Source of the DNA: an uncultured bacterium
Lineage (GTDB): Bacteria; Fidelibacterota; Marinisomatia; Marinisomatales; Marinisomataceae
Assembly (NCBI GenBank): GCA_964482595.1
Contig: CAYZYM010000053.1
Coordinates: 1-35,404 of the forward strand
Direction of reading: 5' to 3'
DNA length: 35,404 nucleotides
In this document: piece after piece, positions 6,260 to 14,993 of the stretch
How positions within the stretch are numbered: position 1 is the first letter of the stretch
Layout: the number at the start of each line of letters is the position of its first letter
Notes under the pieces: generated by a model
The model's input: only the letters and a program-made list of their open reading frames with translations
The model's database searches: none
Told to the model about the DNA's origin: nothing
Position numbers and translations under genes: made by a program

Positions 6260-8421
6260 AATTATCTGACTTAAATAATGAACAATCAAAAGCGGTCAAA
6301 GCTACAAAAGGTCCTGTGCTTGTTTTTGCTGGTGCAGGGAGTGGAAAAACCCGAGTGCTTACTTACAAAGTTTGGTATTTGATTAAAAATAAGATTTATT
6401 TACCAAATGAAATTCTAGCTTTAACATTTACCAATAAAGCAGCATCAGAAATGAAAGAACGTATCAATGCAAGCGTTAGTTGCGATGGTGTTACTGTTGG
6501 CACTTTTCATTCAGTGGGTGCAAGAATTCTAAGAAAACATATTCAGCATCTTGACGAGAGATATAGTAATAGTTTTACGATATATGATGAATCAGATCAA
6601 AAGTCAATTTTAAAAGAAATTATAGAGGAATTAGATTTGAGTGATTACAAAGAATTTCACCCAAATATTCTTAAATCAAGAATTGATAATTTTAAAAATT
6701 CTTCCATGTCAGTTAAAGATGTTCAATCTCAAACCAATGGATTTGAAAACGAAAAAATTACTGAAATTTATGATTTATACTTAGAGAAATTAATTAATAA
6801 CAACGCTGTTGATTTTAATGATTTAATCCTTCTTCCAATTGTATTGTTTAAAAAGAATAAAAAAATATTAAGCTCTTATCAAAATCTATGGAAATATATT
6901 TTAGTTGATGAATTTCAAGATACCAATTCGTCTCAATTTGAGTTTATTAGTTGTCTTGGATCTGGCCATAAAAATATCACTGTAGTTGGAGATGATGATC
7001 AATCAATTTATGGTTGGAGAGGAGCCAACATTGACAACATACTTACTAATTTTAAAAAAGTTTTTCCAAAAGCAACGGAAATCAAATTAGAAAAAAACTA
7101 TAGATCTACTCAAAGAATTCTTGATGGAGCTTGGTCTGTTGTTTCCAATAATACCAATCGTGCTGAAAAAAAATTAGTAGCTACAAAAGGTAAAGGCGAT
7201 AAGATATCTTTAATATCTGCAAGCAATGATGAGCAAGAAGCTCTTGCTATTGCGGATTCCATCAAAAAAGATATTAAAGTTAATAAAAGCACATTTCAAG
7301 ATTTTGCAATTCTTTATAGAACTAATGCACAATCTCGAATGATTGAACAAATTTTGATGAGAGAGGGTATTCCATATAATATCGTTGGAGGTACAAAGTT
7401 TTACGATAGAAAAGAAATCAAGAATGTTATTGCCTACTTGACTTTAATTTGTAATCCAAATGATGATATTGCTTTAAAACGAATCATTAATTTTCCTGTT
7501 AGAGGACTTGGTGAGAAATCAATAAAGTTGTTTCAAGAATTAGCAAAAGAGAAAAAAATTTCATTATTTAATTCTTTGCAATTTACCAGTGAATTGAAGT
7601 TGAGAAATAAACAATGTGAAACTATCAATAATTTCTATAACGCTATTAATGGATTCCATGAATTGTTAGAAAAATTAGATTCCAAAGAATTATTCCGTGT
7701 TGTCTTGGAAGAATTCAGCATAGAGTATTATTATAAAAATAATCCTCTTGAACAAGATCGTTATAATAATATTCAGGAGCTAAAATCTAGCATAGATCAT
7801 TTTGCTCAAAATTCTGATAGCGGTTTAAAAGAATTTCTTCAAGAGATATCTTTATATACAGACTTAGATGATTGGAATAATAAACAGAATTCTGTAACAC
7901 TTATGACTGTGCATGCAGCAAAAGGATTAGAATTTCCTACAGTATTTATAACAGGCTTAGAACAGGGATTATTTCCATTGATTCGAATTGATGATACTGC
8001 TGATCAGCTAGAAGAAGAAAGAAGATTGTTTTATGTAGCACTGACAAGAGCTATGGAAAAAGCATACTTATTGAATGCCCATCAACGCAGAAGGTTTGGC
8101 GCACAAAATATCTCATCATTTGTACAATCTGATTTCTTAAATGAAATTGATGCAAGAACGTTAAAGATTAATAAATATAAAAGCGTTTATACTAAACGCA
8201 TTATCAGTTCAGCTAATGGTAAATCAGTAAAAGTTTCAAGAACTGTAACTGAATTTGATGATTTTTCAGTTGGTGATATGGTACAACATAATCTTTTTGG
8301 CATTGGAACAATCATTGTGCTTAGCGGGTCAGGTGAAAATCAAAAAGTTGGGATAGAGTTTAAAGATGGATTAAGAAAGAAGTTGATTGTAAAGTATGCA
8401 AACCTAAAAAGGATAGATTAG
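6256..8421 (+). CDS. pcrA: ATP-dependent DNA helicase, UvrD/Rep/PcrA family (SF1)
   Basis: 721 aa with Walker A GAGSGKT, motif II VDEFQDT, plus QSIYGWRGA, YRSTQRIL, TVHAAKGLEFP and YVALTRA. ATGA overlap with mltG. Confidence 0.9.
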   Translation: MKLSDLNNEQSKAVKATKGPVLVFAGAGSGKTRVLTYKVWYLIKNKIYLPNEILALTFTNKAASEMKERINASVSCDGVTVGTFHSVGARILRKHIQHLDERYSNSFTIYDESDQKSILKEIIEELDLSDYKEFHPNILKSRIDNFKNSSMSVKDVQSQTNGFENEKITEIYDLYLEKLINNNAVDFNDLILLPIVLFKKNKKILSSYQNLWKYILVDEFQDTNSSQFEFISCLGSGHKNITVVGDDDQSIYGWRGANIDNILTNFKKVFPKATEIKLEKNYRSTQRILDGAWSVVSNNTNRAEKKLVATKGKGDKISLISASNDEQEALAIADSIKKDIKVNKSTFQDFAILYRTNAQSRMIEQILMREGIPYNIVGGTKFYDRKEIKNVIAYLTLICNPNDDIALKRIINFPVRGLGEKSIKLFQELAKEKKISLFNSLQFTSELKLRNKQCETINNFYNAINGFHELLEKLDSKELFRVVLEEFSIEYYYKNNPLEQDRYNNIQELKSSIDHFAQNSDSGLKEFLQEISLYTDLDDWNNKQNSVTLMTVHAAKGLEFPTVFITGLEQGLFPLIRIDDTADQLEEERRLFYVALTRAMEKAYLLNAHQRRRFGAQNISSFVQSDFLNEIDARTLKINKYKSVYTKRIISSANGKSVKVSRTVTEFDDFSVGDMVQHNLFGIGTIIVLSGSGENQKVGIEFKDGLRKKLIVKYANLKRID

Positions 8422-8447
8422 AAAATTTATTTAGTGTAATTTGAATT

Positions 8448-8912
8448 ATGGAAAAATTAATACCATGCAGATTTCATGTAGAAGTTGGTGCAGTTTTAAA
8501 GTCTGAAGGATTACGCACAACCAAACAACGTCTCAGTATATGGGATGAATTATGTTCTACTGATGAACATCGTGATATTGAAACCATTTTATCTGATTTA
8601 AAAAAGAAAAAAATAAATGTATCACGAGCAACTCTTTATAGAACAATAGATGTATTAGTAAAGCATGGTTTATTAAAGAAAATTTCTTTATCTAATGGCA
8701 AAACTTTATACGAACACAACAAAAAATCTATTAATCCAAAACATGATCATATTCTGTGTGAAGATTGTGGTGAAATTTTTGAGTTTTTTGATAGTAATAT
8801 TTCTGCAATAGAAGATAAAATTGCCAAAAAATTGAATATTAAAGTTACAAAAAGAGTTCATCAAATTTCTGGCACTTGCAATGATAACAAGTGTTCACAT
8901 TCTACTACTTAA
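8448..8912 (+). CDS. Fur-family metalloregulator (Fur/Zur/PerR type not resolved)
   Basis: 154 aa with a winged-helix region (RTTKQRLSIWDEL...VSRATLYRTIDVLVKHGLLKK). Metal-site motifs are HDHILCEDCG and a C-terminal Cys pair (GTCNDNKC). Confidence 0.8.
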   Translation: MEKLIPCRFHVEVGAVLKSEGLRTTKQRLSIWDELCSTDEHRDIETILSDLKKKKINVSRATLYRTIDVLVKHGLLKKISLSNGKTLYEHNKKSINPKHDHILCEDCGEIFEFFDSNISAIEDKIAKKLNIKVTKRVHQISGTCNDNKCSHSTT

Positions 8913-8920
8913 TTTTTTAA

Positions 8921-9802
8921 ATGAAATCTGTCTTTATTAATAATTTAGTTTCTGATATGAAGCTCCAAGGCTTTTATCTATGTATTGAAAAAAGAATACG
9001 TAGAAAAAGAGATGGATCTCCCTACATTGACTTATTATTACAAGATAAATCTGGTGTTATAAGAGCAAGAATATGGGATAATGTTAATAAACTTATAAAA
9101 AAATTTGATACTGGCGATCCTATTGTTTTAAAAGGTGCAACTTATAGCTACGGTGACAATCTTTTTATTAAAATAAAAAATATTAATAGGGCATCTGTTG
9201 ATAAATATAAAAAATATGGATTTGAACCAGCTAATTTAATTCCACCATCAAAACTTAACGCAAAGCAATTGTGGGTTCAGCTTCAAAAAGAGATTAAAAC
9301 AATATCAAAACCTCATTTTAAAAAATTAGTTACTAAAATCTTATCAGATCATAAACAGAAATTTCAAATTTATCCTGCAAGCATTTCTTTTCATTATAAT
9401 TACCAGCATGGACTTTTAGAACAAACTGTTTCATTGATAAAAATTGCCAAATTATTAGCAAAAAATTATGTGGTGAATTCTGATTTATTATTAACGGGAG
9501 CTTGCCTGCACCAGATTGGAAAATTATACTCTATTAATGTTGGTTTTTCAGATGAAAAAAATGATTCAAAAAAACTGCTTGGAAACGCAATTCTATCACG
9601 AGATATTGTTAATAAATATATAAGCGAAATAAAAAAATTTCCTGAAGATGATAAAATTCAACTAGAACACTTAATCTTATCTTATCAAGGAAGAAGAGAG
9701 TGGCAGAGCCCTATTGAGCCGCAAACAATAGAAGCAATGCTGTTGCATACAATTAATTATATGGATTCTCATATAAATTTTATGAGCAAAGATGAAGAAT
9801 AA
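8921..9802 (+). CDS. YhaM-like OB-fold + HD-superfamily protein (3'-5' exoribonuclease-like); HD dyad reads HQ
   Basis: 293 aa with an N-terminal OB-like segment (YIDLLLQDKSGVIRARIWD...PIVLKG). The C-terminal HD-type region (YPASISFHYNYQHGLLEQT...CLHQIGK...HLILSYQGRREWQSP...EAMLLHTINYMD) is collinear with the YhaM layout as I remember it. Confidence 0.6.
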   Translation: MKSVFINNLVSDMKLQGFYLCIEKRIRRKRDGSPYIDLLLQDKSGVIRARIWDNVNKLIKKFDTGDPIVLKGATYSYGDNLFIKIKNINRASVDKYKKYGFEPANLIPPSKLNAKQLWVQLQKEIKTISKPHFKKLVTKILSDHKQKFQIYPASISFHYNYQHGLLEQTVSLIKIAKLLAKNYVVNSDLLLTGACLHQIGKLYSINVGFSDEKNDSKKLLGNAILSRDIVNKYISEIKKFPEDDKIQLEHLILSYQGRREWQSPIEPQTIEAMLLHTINYMDSHINFMSKDEE

Positions 9803-11411
9803 AGTAATTCTTTTATTTTTTACTGAGATTCTTCTTTGTCAAAATATATCTTATGATTTGTCAAATCAATTTGGAGTTGAATTAGATAATAACAAAATCA
9901 TATGGAACTCAGATCAACAATTTGATCAATTATTAATTGATTCATCATCAAAATATTTTAAACAAAGATTTAATTCTTTTGATTTTGATGATATCAAAAT
10001 TGATTCAACTTACACAAAAAGTAAATTTTCTTATGAATTTGGTGATTATGGTTTAGATATTTTGAATATTGGATTAAAAAAATATTCTCAAGATAGCAAT
10101 TTTCAGTTTTTAGGCCTTAAGAAAAGTTTTTTTGGAAATTATTCTGAATTTGCAGATGCTGATAGCAGTCCATTAAGTCTTTTATATAAGATTGATTATT
10201 CAAAACGTTTTAAAAAGCATTCGATGACATTTTCGTTGGGATATTTCAAAACAAGTTCTGATTTCTTATTTGACAGTATAGAAGATAATGCAAATAATAA
10301 AGAATTTTCAGATTTTATATCTTTAACCTTGGTTGATAAATTTCAAAAAGGAATATGGAACTATGGATTTGAATTCAATCATATTACAAAGCATGATAAA
10401 CTTTTTTTATTAGAAGAATTCTTAGATAGTGATATTGATATCAATAGAAATATTCTTAGAATAAATGCAAATAATGATAAAAATGTTTCATTAGAACTAT
10501 ATTTAGATAACAAGTTTTATTTTGATTCACGCTCAAATCAAACAATTGATAACCCTTTGCAATCGTATAGTCAAAATTCTCTACATCTAATTAGTAATAA
10601 TATTTTTAAATCATCAAAGATTAAATATGGATTTGATTATTTTAAAGGTAGTTCTCCTTATATAATTGATGGTAATGGAAGATCTGATAGCAAAGAAATG
10701 CTACCAAATTTCGCTTATGAACTAAATCATAATTCTGGCAATCAAACCTATTCTCTTTTGCTGGATATAATGAACAAGCCAACAACATTTTTATTTAATA
10801 ATCCTAATTATCAAAATATAGAAACTTGGAATACAATCAATTTAAACTACAACTTTTTTTCTGGTTTCATTTTAGAAACTAATCTGCAATGGATTGAAGC
10901 ATCTGGCATAACAGCATATAACAATAATAGTAATTCTTTTTCCATTATTTCTGATGATTTATTATCATTCAATACAAAATTTTTATTTTCATTTAATGAT
11001 AATCATAATGTTAATTTGGCATATTATCATAATTTCTATGATAGTATAATAAGCTCAAATCGTTCAGATATAATTAACATCAATTATCATTTTAATACAT
11101 TGTTAGTTAATCAAAAATTAGGTGTAAGAGGTAATATATCTTTAGCTTATTATTCAAAAAATAATTCAGAATTTTCATTTGATTATTTTAGAAATATCCC
11201 AACTATTGATAATAGTTTTCAAGAAGAGAAAAATTATAATATTGGAGCAAATCTTGATATATCAATTGCAGATGTTATTTTAACTTTTCGTGTCAATAAT
11301 ATGCTTCATCGTTTGCCTATTGATGGAGATTATTCAATAAGAACGCATGAATTATTCAATCCAATCAACAGTTTAGTATCATTTGGTATTTTATGGGAAT
11401 TTGATGATTAG
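9792..11411 (+). CDS. Hypothetical secreted / outer-membrane beta-barrel-like protein, family not recognised
   Basis: 539 aa with a hydrophobic N-terminal signal-like segment (KVILLFFTEILLC). It is very Asn/Asp/Ser/Phe/Tyr-rich with many short alternating-hydrophobic stretches. The C-terminal ...SLVSFGILWEFDD resembles a terminal OM-barrel strand followed by two extra acidic residues. 11-nt overlap with the upstream gene. Confidence 0.45.
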   Translation: MKNKVILLFFTEILLCQNISYDLSNQFGVELDNNKIIWNSDQQFDQLLIDSSSKYFKQRFNSFDFDDIKIDSTYTKSKFSYEFGDYGLDILNIGLKKYSQDSNFQFLGLKKSFFGNYSEFADADSSPLSLLYKIDYSKRFKKHSMTFSLGYFKTSSDFLFDSIEDNANNKEFSDFISLTLVDKFQKGIWNYGFEFNHITKHDKLFLLEEFLDSDIDINRNILRINANNDKNVSLELYLDNKFYFDSRSNQTIDNPLQSYSQNSLHLISNNIFKSSKIKYGFDYFKGSSPYIIDGNGRSDSKEMLPNFAYELNHNSGNQTYSLLLDIMNKPTTFLFNNPNYQNIETWNTINLNYNFFSGFILETNLQWIEASGITAYNNNSNSFSIISDDLLSFNTKFLFSFNDNHNVNLAYYHNFYDSIISSNRSDIININYHFNTLLVNQKLGVRGNISLAYYSKNNSEFSFDYFRNIPTIDNSFQEEKNYNIGANLDISIADVILTFRVNNMLHRLPIDGDYSIRTHELFNPINSLVSFGILWEFDD

Positions 11412-11422
11412 AATTCTTATTC

Positions 11423-11450
11423 TATAATCAAACATATTTTCATAAATTTG
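11423..11450 (+). promoter_or_regulatory. Candidate promoter elements upstream of the HNH gene
   Basis: TATAAT at 11423-11428 and TAAATTTG (TAnnTTTG-type) at 11443-11450, in the 47-nt spacer before ATG 11459. Motif matches only. Confidence 0.25.
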
Positions 11451-11458
11451 TATCCATA

Positions 11459-11992
11459 ATGAATAACAATAATCCAATATCTAAACTCAATGGCAATGTT
11501 ACCTTAGTTTTAAATGCGAGCTACATTCCTTTAGCTGTATGTTCATCAAAACGCGCATTATGCCTTTATTTTCTTGATAAAATTGATATTATTCATAATT
11601 ATAATGATTATGTGCATTCTCCATCAACGAAAGTAAAGATTCCTAGCGTAGTAAAGCTGAAGCGATATATTAAACATAACAATTTAGATGTTGTTTTAAA
11701 TAGAAAAAATTTATTGGTGAGAGATAATTTTTCTTGTCAGTATTGTCTTTCAAAATCTCACTTAACTGTTGATCATATACTTCCTAAGGAAAAAGGAGGA
11801 TCTGATACATGGGAAAATCTAATCATAGCTTGTTCTTCTTGTAATTCCAAGAAAGGGAATAGGACTCCTAAAGAAGCAAACATGAAGCTTATGAAGAAAG
11901 CAAGAAAACCAAATCGATTTATTTATTTTAAACAATTTGTTAAACAAAAAAATATAGATTGGGAAAACTATATATTTTCTAGTAAGAATTGA
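11459..11992 (+). CDS. HNH endonuclease (McrA/COG1403-like, stand-alone ~180-aa form)
   Basis: 177 aa with an N-terminal VLNASYIPLAVCSSKRALCLYFLDK segment. The HNH-zinc core is CQYC...HLTVDHILPKEKGGSDTWENLIIACSSCNSKKGNRTP. Confidence 0.85.
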   Translation: MNNNNPISKLNGNVTLVLNASYIPLAVCSSKRALCLYFLDKIDIIHNYNDYVHSPSTKVKIPSVVKLKRYIKHNNLDVVLNRKNLLVRDNFSCQYCLSKSHLTVDHILPKEKGGSDTWENLIIACSSCNSKKGNRTPKEANMKLMKKARKPNRFIYFKQFVKQKNIDWENYIFSSKN

Positions 11993-11993
11993 T

Positions 11994-12962
11994 ATGAACA
12001 CAAAAAGAATACTAAGCGGAGTGCAACCATCAGGTTTATTGCATATTGGTAATTATTTTGGGATGATTAAACGTATGATTGATTTTCAAGAATCATCTGA
12101 TATGTTTTGTTTTATTGCTAATTATCATTCTTTAACCTCTTTAAATGACAAAGAAAAGCTTGAAAAAAACACTTTTACTTCCTTTTGTGATGTGCTGGCA
12201 TTAGGGCTTGATCCTTCAAAATCCACCATATGGGTTCAATCTCACGTTTCAGAAGTCGCTGAGTTAGCATGGATATTATCAAATTTTACCAGCGTAGGGA
12301 TGATGGAACGATCTACATCATACAAAGATAAAATTAATAAAGGATTAAAACCAAATATGGGTTTATTTTCTTATCCTATTTTAATGGCAGCTGATATATT
12401 GTTATTTCATTCTGATATTGTACCAGTCGGAAAAGATCAAAAACAACATTTAGAAATGACAAGAGACATCGCAATTAAATTTAACAATGCTTTTGGTGAT
12501 GTTTTGACTATTCCAGAAATTGATATTGATGAAAATATGAATATAGTCGCTGGCATTGATGATCAGAAGATGAGCAAATCTTATAATAATACTATTCCAA
12601 TTTTTGGCGATGAACAATATATAAAAGATCAGATAATGAATATTGTTACAGATTCTGCAGGATTAAATGAAATAAAAGACATTAATACTCCGTTGTTTAA
12701 AATTTACTCATTATTCTTGGATAAAAATCAAATTGAAGATCTTAAGGAAAGATATAATACGCCTGGACTTAAGTATATGGATATTAAAAATGAACTTTTT
12801 GAATATATTATGGAATATTTTTCTGATCAAAGATCTAAAAGAGATGAATATCTTAGTAATCCAGATAGTGTTTATGATTTAATGAAATTAGGTGAAGAAA
12901 AAGCAAAAAATGTAGCTGGAGAAACAATAGAATCTGTGAAAAAATCGATTGGAATGATCTAG
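11994..12962 (+). CDS. trpS: Tryptophan--tRNA ligase
   Basis: 322 aa with the class I motifs SGVQPSGLLHIGNYFG (HIGH-type) and KMSKS. GKDQKQHLEMTRDIA is also present. Confidence 0.92.
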   Translation: MNTKRILSGVQPSGLLHIGNYFGMIKRMIDFQESSDMFCFIANYHSLTSLNDKEKLEKNTFTSFCDVLALGLDPSKSTIWVQSHVSEVAELAWILSNFTSVGMMERSTSYKDKINKGLKPNMGLFSYPILMAADILLFHSDIVPVGKDQKQHLEMTRDIAIKFNNAFGDVLTIPEIDIDENMNIVAGIDDQKMSKSYNNTIPIFGDEQYIKDQIMNIVTDSAGLNEIKDINTPLFKIYSLFLDKNQIEDLKERYNTPGLKYMDIKNELFEYIMEYFSDQRSKRDEYLSNPDSVYDLMKLGEEKAKNVAGETIESVKKSIGMI

Positions 12963-13691
12963 ATGTTTAATGTAAAGCTTGAAAATTTTGAAGGACCATT
13001 AGACTTACTGCTTTATTTCATCAAAAGAGACAAAATTGATATTTATGATATTCCAATATCAAAAATTACCAAAGAATATATTGATACTATAAATCGCACA
13101 AAAAAATTAAATGTTTCTATTGCAGGGGAATTTATTTTAATGGCATCTATGCTAACTCGTCTTAAAACGAGAATGCTTCTTCCTAGAAAAGAAGATGAAG
13201 AAGGTTTTGAAATTGACGATCCACGCAAAACTTTGGTTGATCAGTTAGTGCAATATAAGACCTTTAAAAATATTGCAAATCAATTGCGAGAAATACAAAA
13301 TAACAATAAAGATACTTTTTATCGTCCTAATAATAATCTTAGTATTTCAGACATAGAACACAATCCTACAGAATTTTTAAGAGAGGTATCATTGTTTGAT
13401 ATATCTAAAATATTTAAAGAGGCACTTTCAAATGCTCCAGAGGATGATACTTTTTACATAGAAAGACAAACTATCTCGCTTACAGAACAAAGAGATTTTA
13501 TAATCACTAACTTTGATAAAAAAGGCACTCTTTTATTAAATAATTTGGTAAAACAATTGAATAATAAACTTGAAATTATTGTAACATTTCTAGCTCTATT
13601 AGAGATGATTAAGACTAGTGAGATTATTTGTAAGCAAAAAGATATTTTTGGGCAGATTGAAATAAAGTTAAATATAACAGCTAAAGCCTGA
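12963..13691 (+). CDS. scpA: Segregation and condensation protein A (kleisin)
   Basis: 242 aa with the hallmark N-terminus FEGPLDLLLYFIKRDKIDIYDIPISKIT. Followed directly by scpB (TGATG junction). Confidence 0.9.
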   Translation: MFNVKLENFEGPLDLLLYFIKRDKIDIYDIPISKITKEYIDTINRTKKLNVSIAGEFILMASMLTRLKTRMLLPRKEDEEGFEIDDPRKTLVDQLVQYKTFKNIANQLREIQNNNKDTFYRPNNNLSISDIEHNPTEFLREVSLFDISKIFKEALSNAPEDDTFYIERQTISLTEQRDFIITNFDKKGTLLLNNLVKQLNNKLEIIVTFLALLEMIKTSEIICKQKDIFGQIEIKLNITAKA

Positions 13692-14236
13692 TGAATAACG
13701 AACTAATTATTGAATCATTGTTATTTGTTTTATCCCAACCTCTAAAACAATCAGACTTGAAAAAAATATTTGATAATGGGAATACGCCTTCTTTAGAAGA
13801 TATTGTTACAAAGTTAAATAAAAAGTATGCTAATCATGCTTTTGAAATTAAAAATGTAGGTGGAGGCTATATGCTTGTAACAAAAAAAGAATTTGAGCCA
13901 TTTATTGCTAAAATTTTACCAGGTAAAAAACTTATGTTATCCAATGCAAGCTTAGAAGTGTTAGCAATTATTGCTTATAAACAACCAGTTAATAGGCTTG
14001 ATATTGAGTCTATTAGAGGAGTTGATTGCAAAGGCGTGATAAAGAATCTTTTGACCAAAAAATTAATTAGAATCAAAGGAAGAGATGATAGCCCTGGAAA
14101 AGCTCTACTTTATTGCACTACTGAAGAATATCTCAAACATTTTGGTTTAAAAGATTTATCTGATATGCCTAAACACAATGAAATATCTGAAATAGTTAAT
14201 TCTGATGAGGATAAAGTAAATAGTGAAACTATTTAA
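13691..14236 (+). CDS. scpB: Segregation and condensation protein B
   Basis: 181 aa with IESLLFV...PL and LEVLAIIAYKQPVNRLDIESIRGVDCKGVIKNLLTKKLI (tandem winged-helix pattern). Position after scpA supports the call. Confidence 0.88.
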   Translation: MNNELIIESLLFVLSQPLKQSDLKKIFDNGNTPSLEDIVTKLNKKYANHAFEIKNVGGGYMLVTKKEFEPFIAKILPGKKLMLSNASLEVLAIIAYKQPVNRLDIESIRGVDCKGVIKNLLTKKLIRIKGRDDSPGKALLYCTTEEYLKHFGLKDLSDMPKHNEISEIVNSDEDKVNSETI

Positions 14237-14936
14237 ATTTGTTGCTGCTTCTGGTATCCTTTCTAGAAGGAAATCTCAAGAATCTATTAAATCAGCACTT
14301 ATTACAGTCAATGATATCGTTATATTAGATCCTTTTTTTGAAATTGATCCTAAGAAGGATATAGTGCGATTAGACCAACAGATAATAAAGTTTAATAAAG
14401 AATTTTCAACAATTATTCTTAATAAACCAAAAGGCTTTGTTTGTTCAAAGAGTGATGAATTGAATAGAAAAACAGTTTTTGACTTAATTCCCAATAAACC
14501 TCCTCTTAATTATGTTGGCAGATTAGATAAAGATACTACTGGTATAATTTTATTTACTAATGATGGAAAATTATCTGATTTTTTAACGCATCCAAGAAAC
14601 AAGATATCTAAAGAATATATTGCTGAAATTAATACAAGGATTAAAGATTCAGATGTTAAAAAAATTGAAAAAGGTATATTTATTGGTTCAGGGGATAGAG
14701 GTAGAGCAAAAATTTTATATCAGAAGAAAGTAAAAAATACATTTTTTGTTAATATGGTTCTTAGACAAGGCAAAAAAAATGAAATAAGGCGAATTTTTAA
14801 ATTTTCAAATATAAAATTAATTTCACTAAAGAGAGTAAAGTTTGGTGAAATTACTTTAGGAAATTTAAAAGAGGGTTTTTGGAAAGAATTATCAGAAAAA
14901 GATAAGAAATATTTAGAAAAAATTAGTCGAAAATAA
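14223..14936 (+). CDS. rluB: Pseudouridine synthase, RsuA/RluB family
   Basis: 237 aa with an S4-like N-terminus (KFVAASGILSRRKSQESIKSALITVN). The catalytic motif is VGRLDKDTTGIILFTNDG. The GTG start is needed to keep the S4 domain. The conserved scpB-rluB-cmk-rpsA order also supports it. Confidence 0.8.
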   Translation: MKLFKFVAASGILSRRKSQESIKSALITVNDIVILDPFFEIDPKKDIVRLDQQIIKFNKEFSTIILNKPKGFVCSKSDELNRKTVFDLIPNKPPLNYVGRLDKDTTGIILFTNDGKLSDFLTHPRNKISKEYIAEINTRIKDSDVKKIEKGIFIGSGDRGRAKILYQKKVKNTFFVNMVLRQGKKNEIRRIFKFSNIKLISLKRVKFGEITLGNLKEGFWKELSEKDKKYLEKISRK

Positions 14937-14993
14937 GAAGATTTAAAAATGTTGGCATTTATTTAAAGTAAGACTAACTTTCTGAGCAATTTT

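Noticed and set aside
11590-11620. Fur-box-like AT-rich near-palindrome (taatgattat) inside the HNH gene
   Set aside because: It is a partial match only, lies inside coding sequence, and such strings are expected by chance at this AT content.
6256-11992. UvrD-like helicase + HD-domain protein + HNH nuclease as a possible defence island
   Set aside because: The helicase is a full-length PcrA/UvrD with all SF1 motifs, coupled to mltG. The genes are separated by a Fur-family regulator and an envelope protein. They share the composition of the surrounding core genes. No ATPase, TOPRIM, methylase or mobile-element partner is present.
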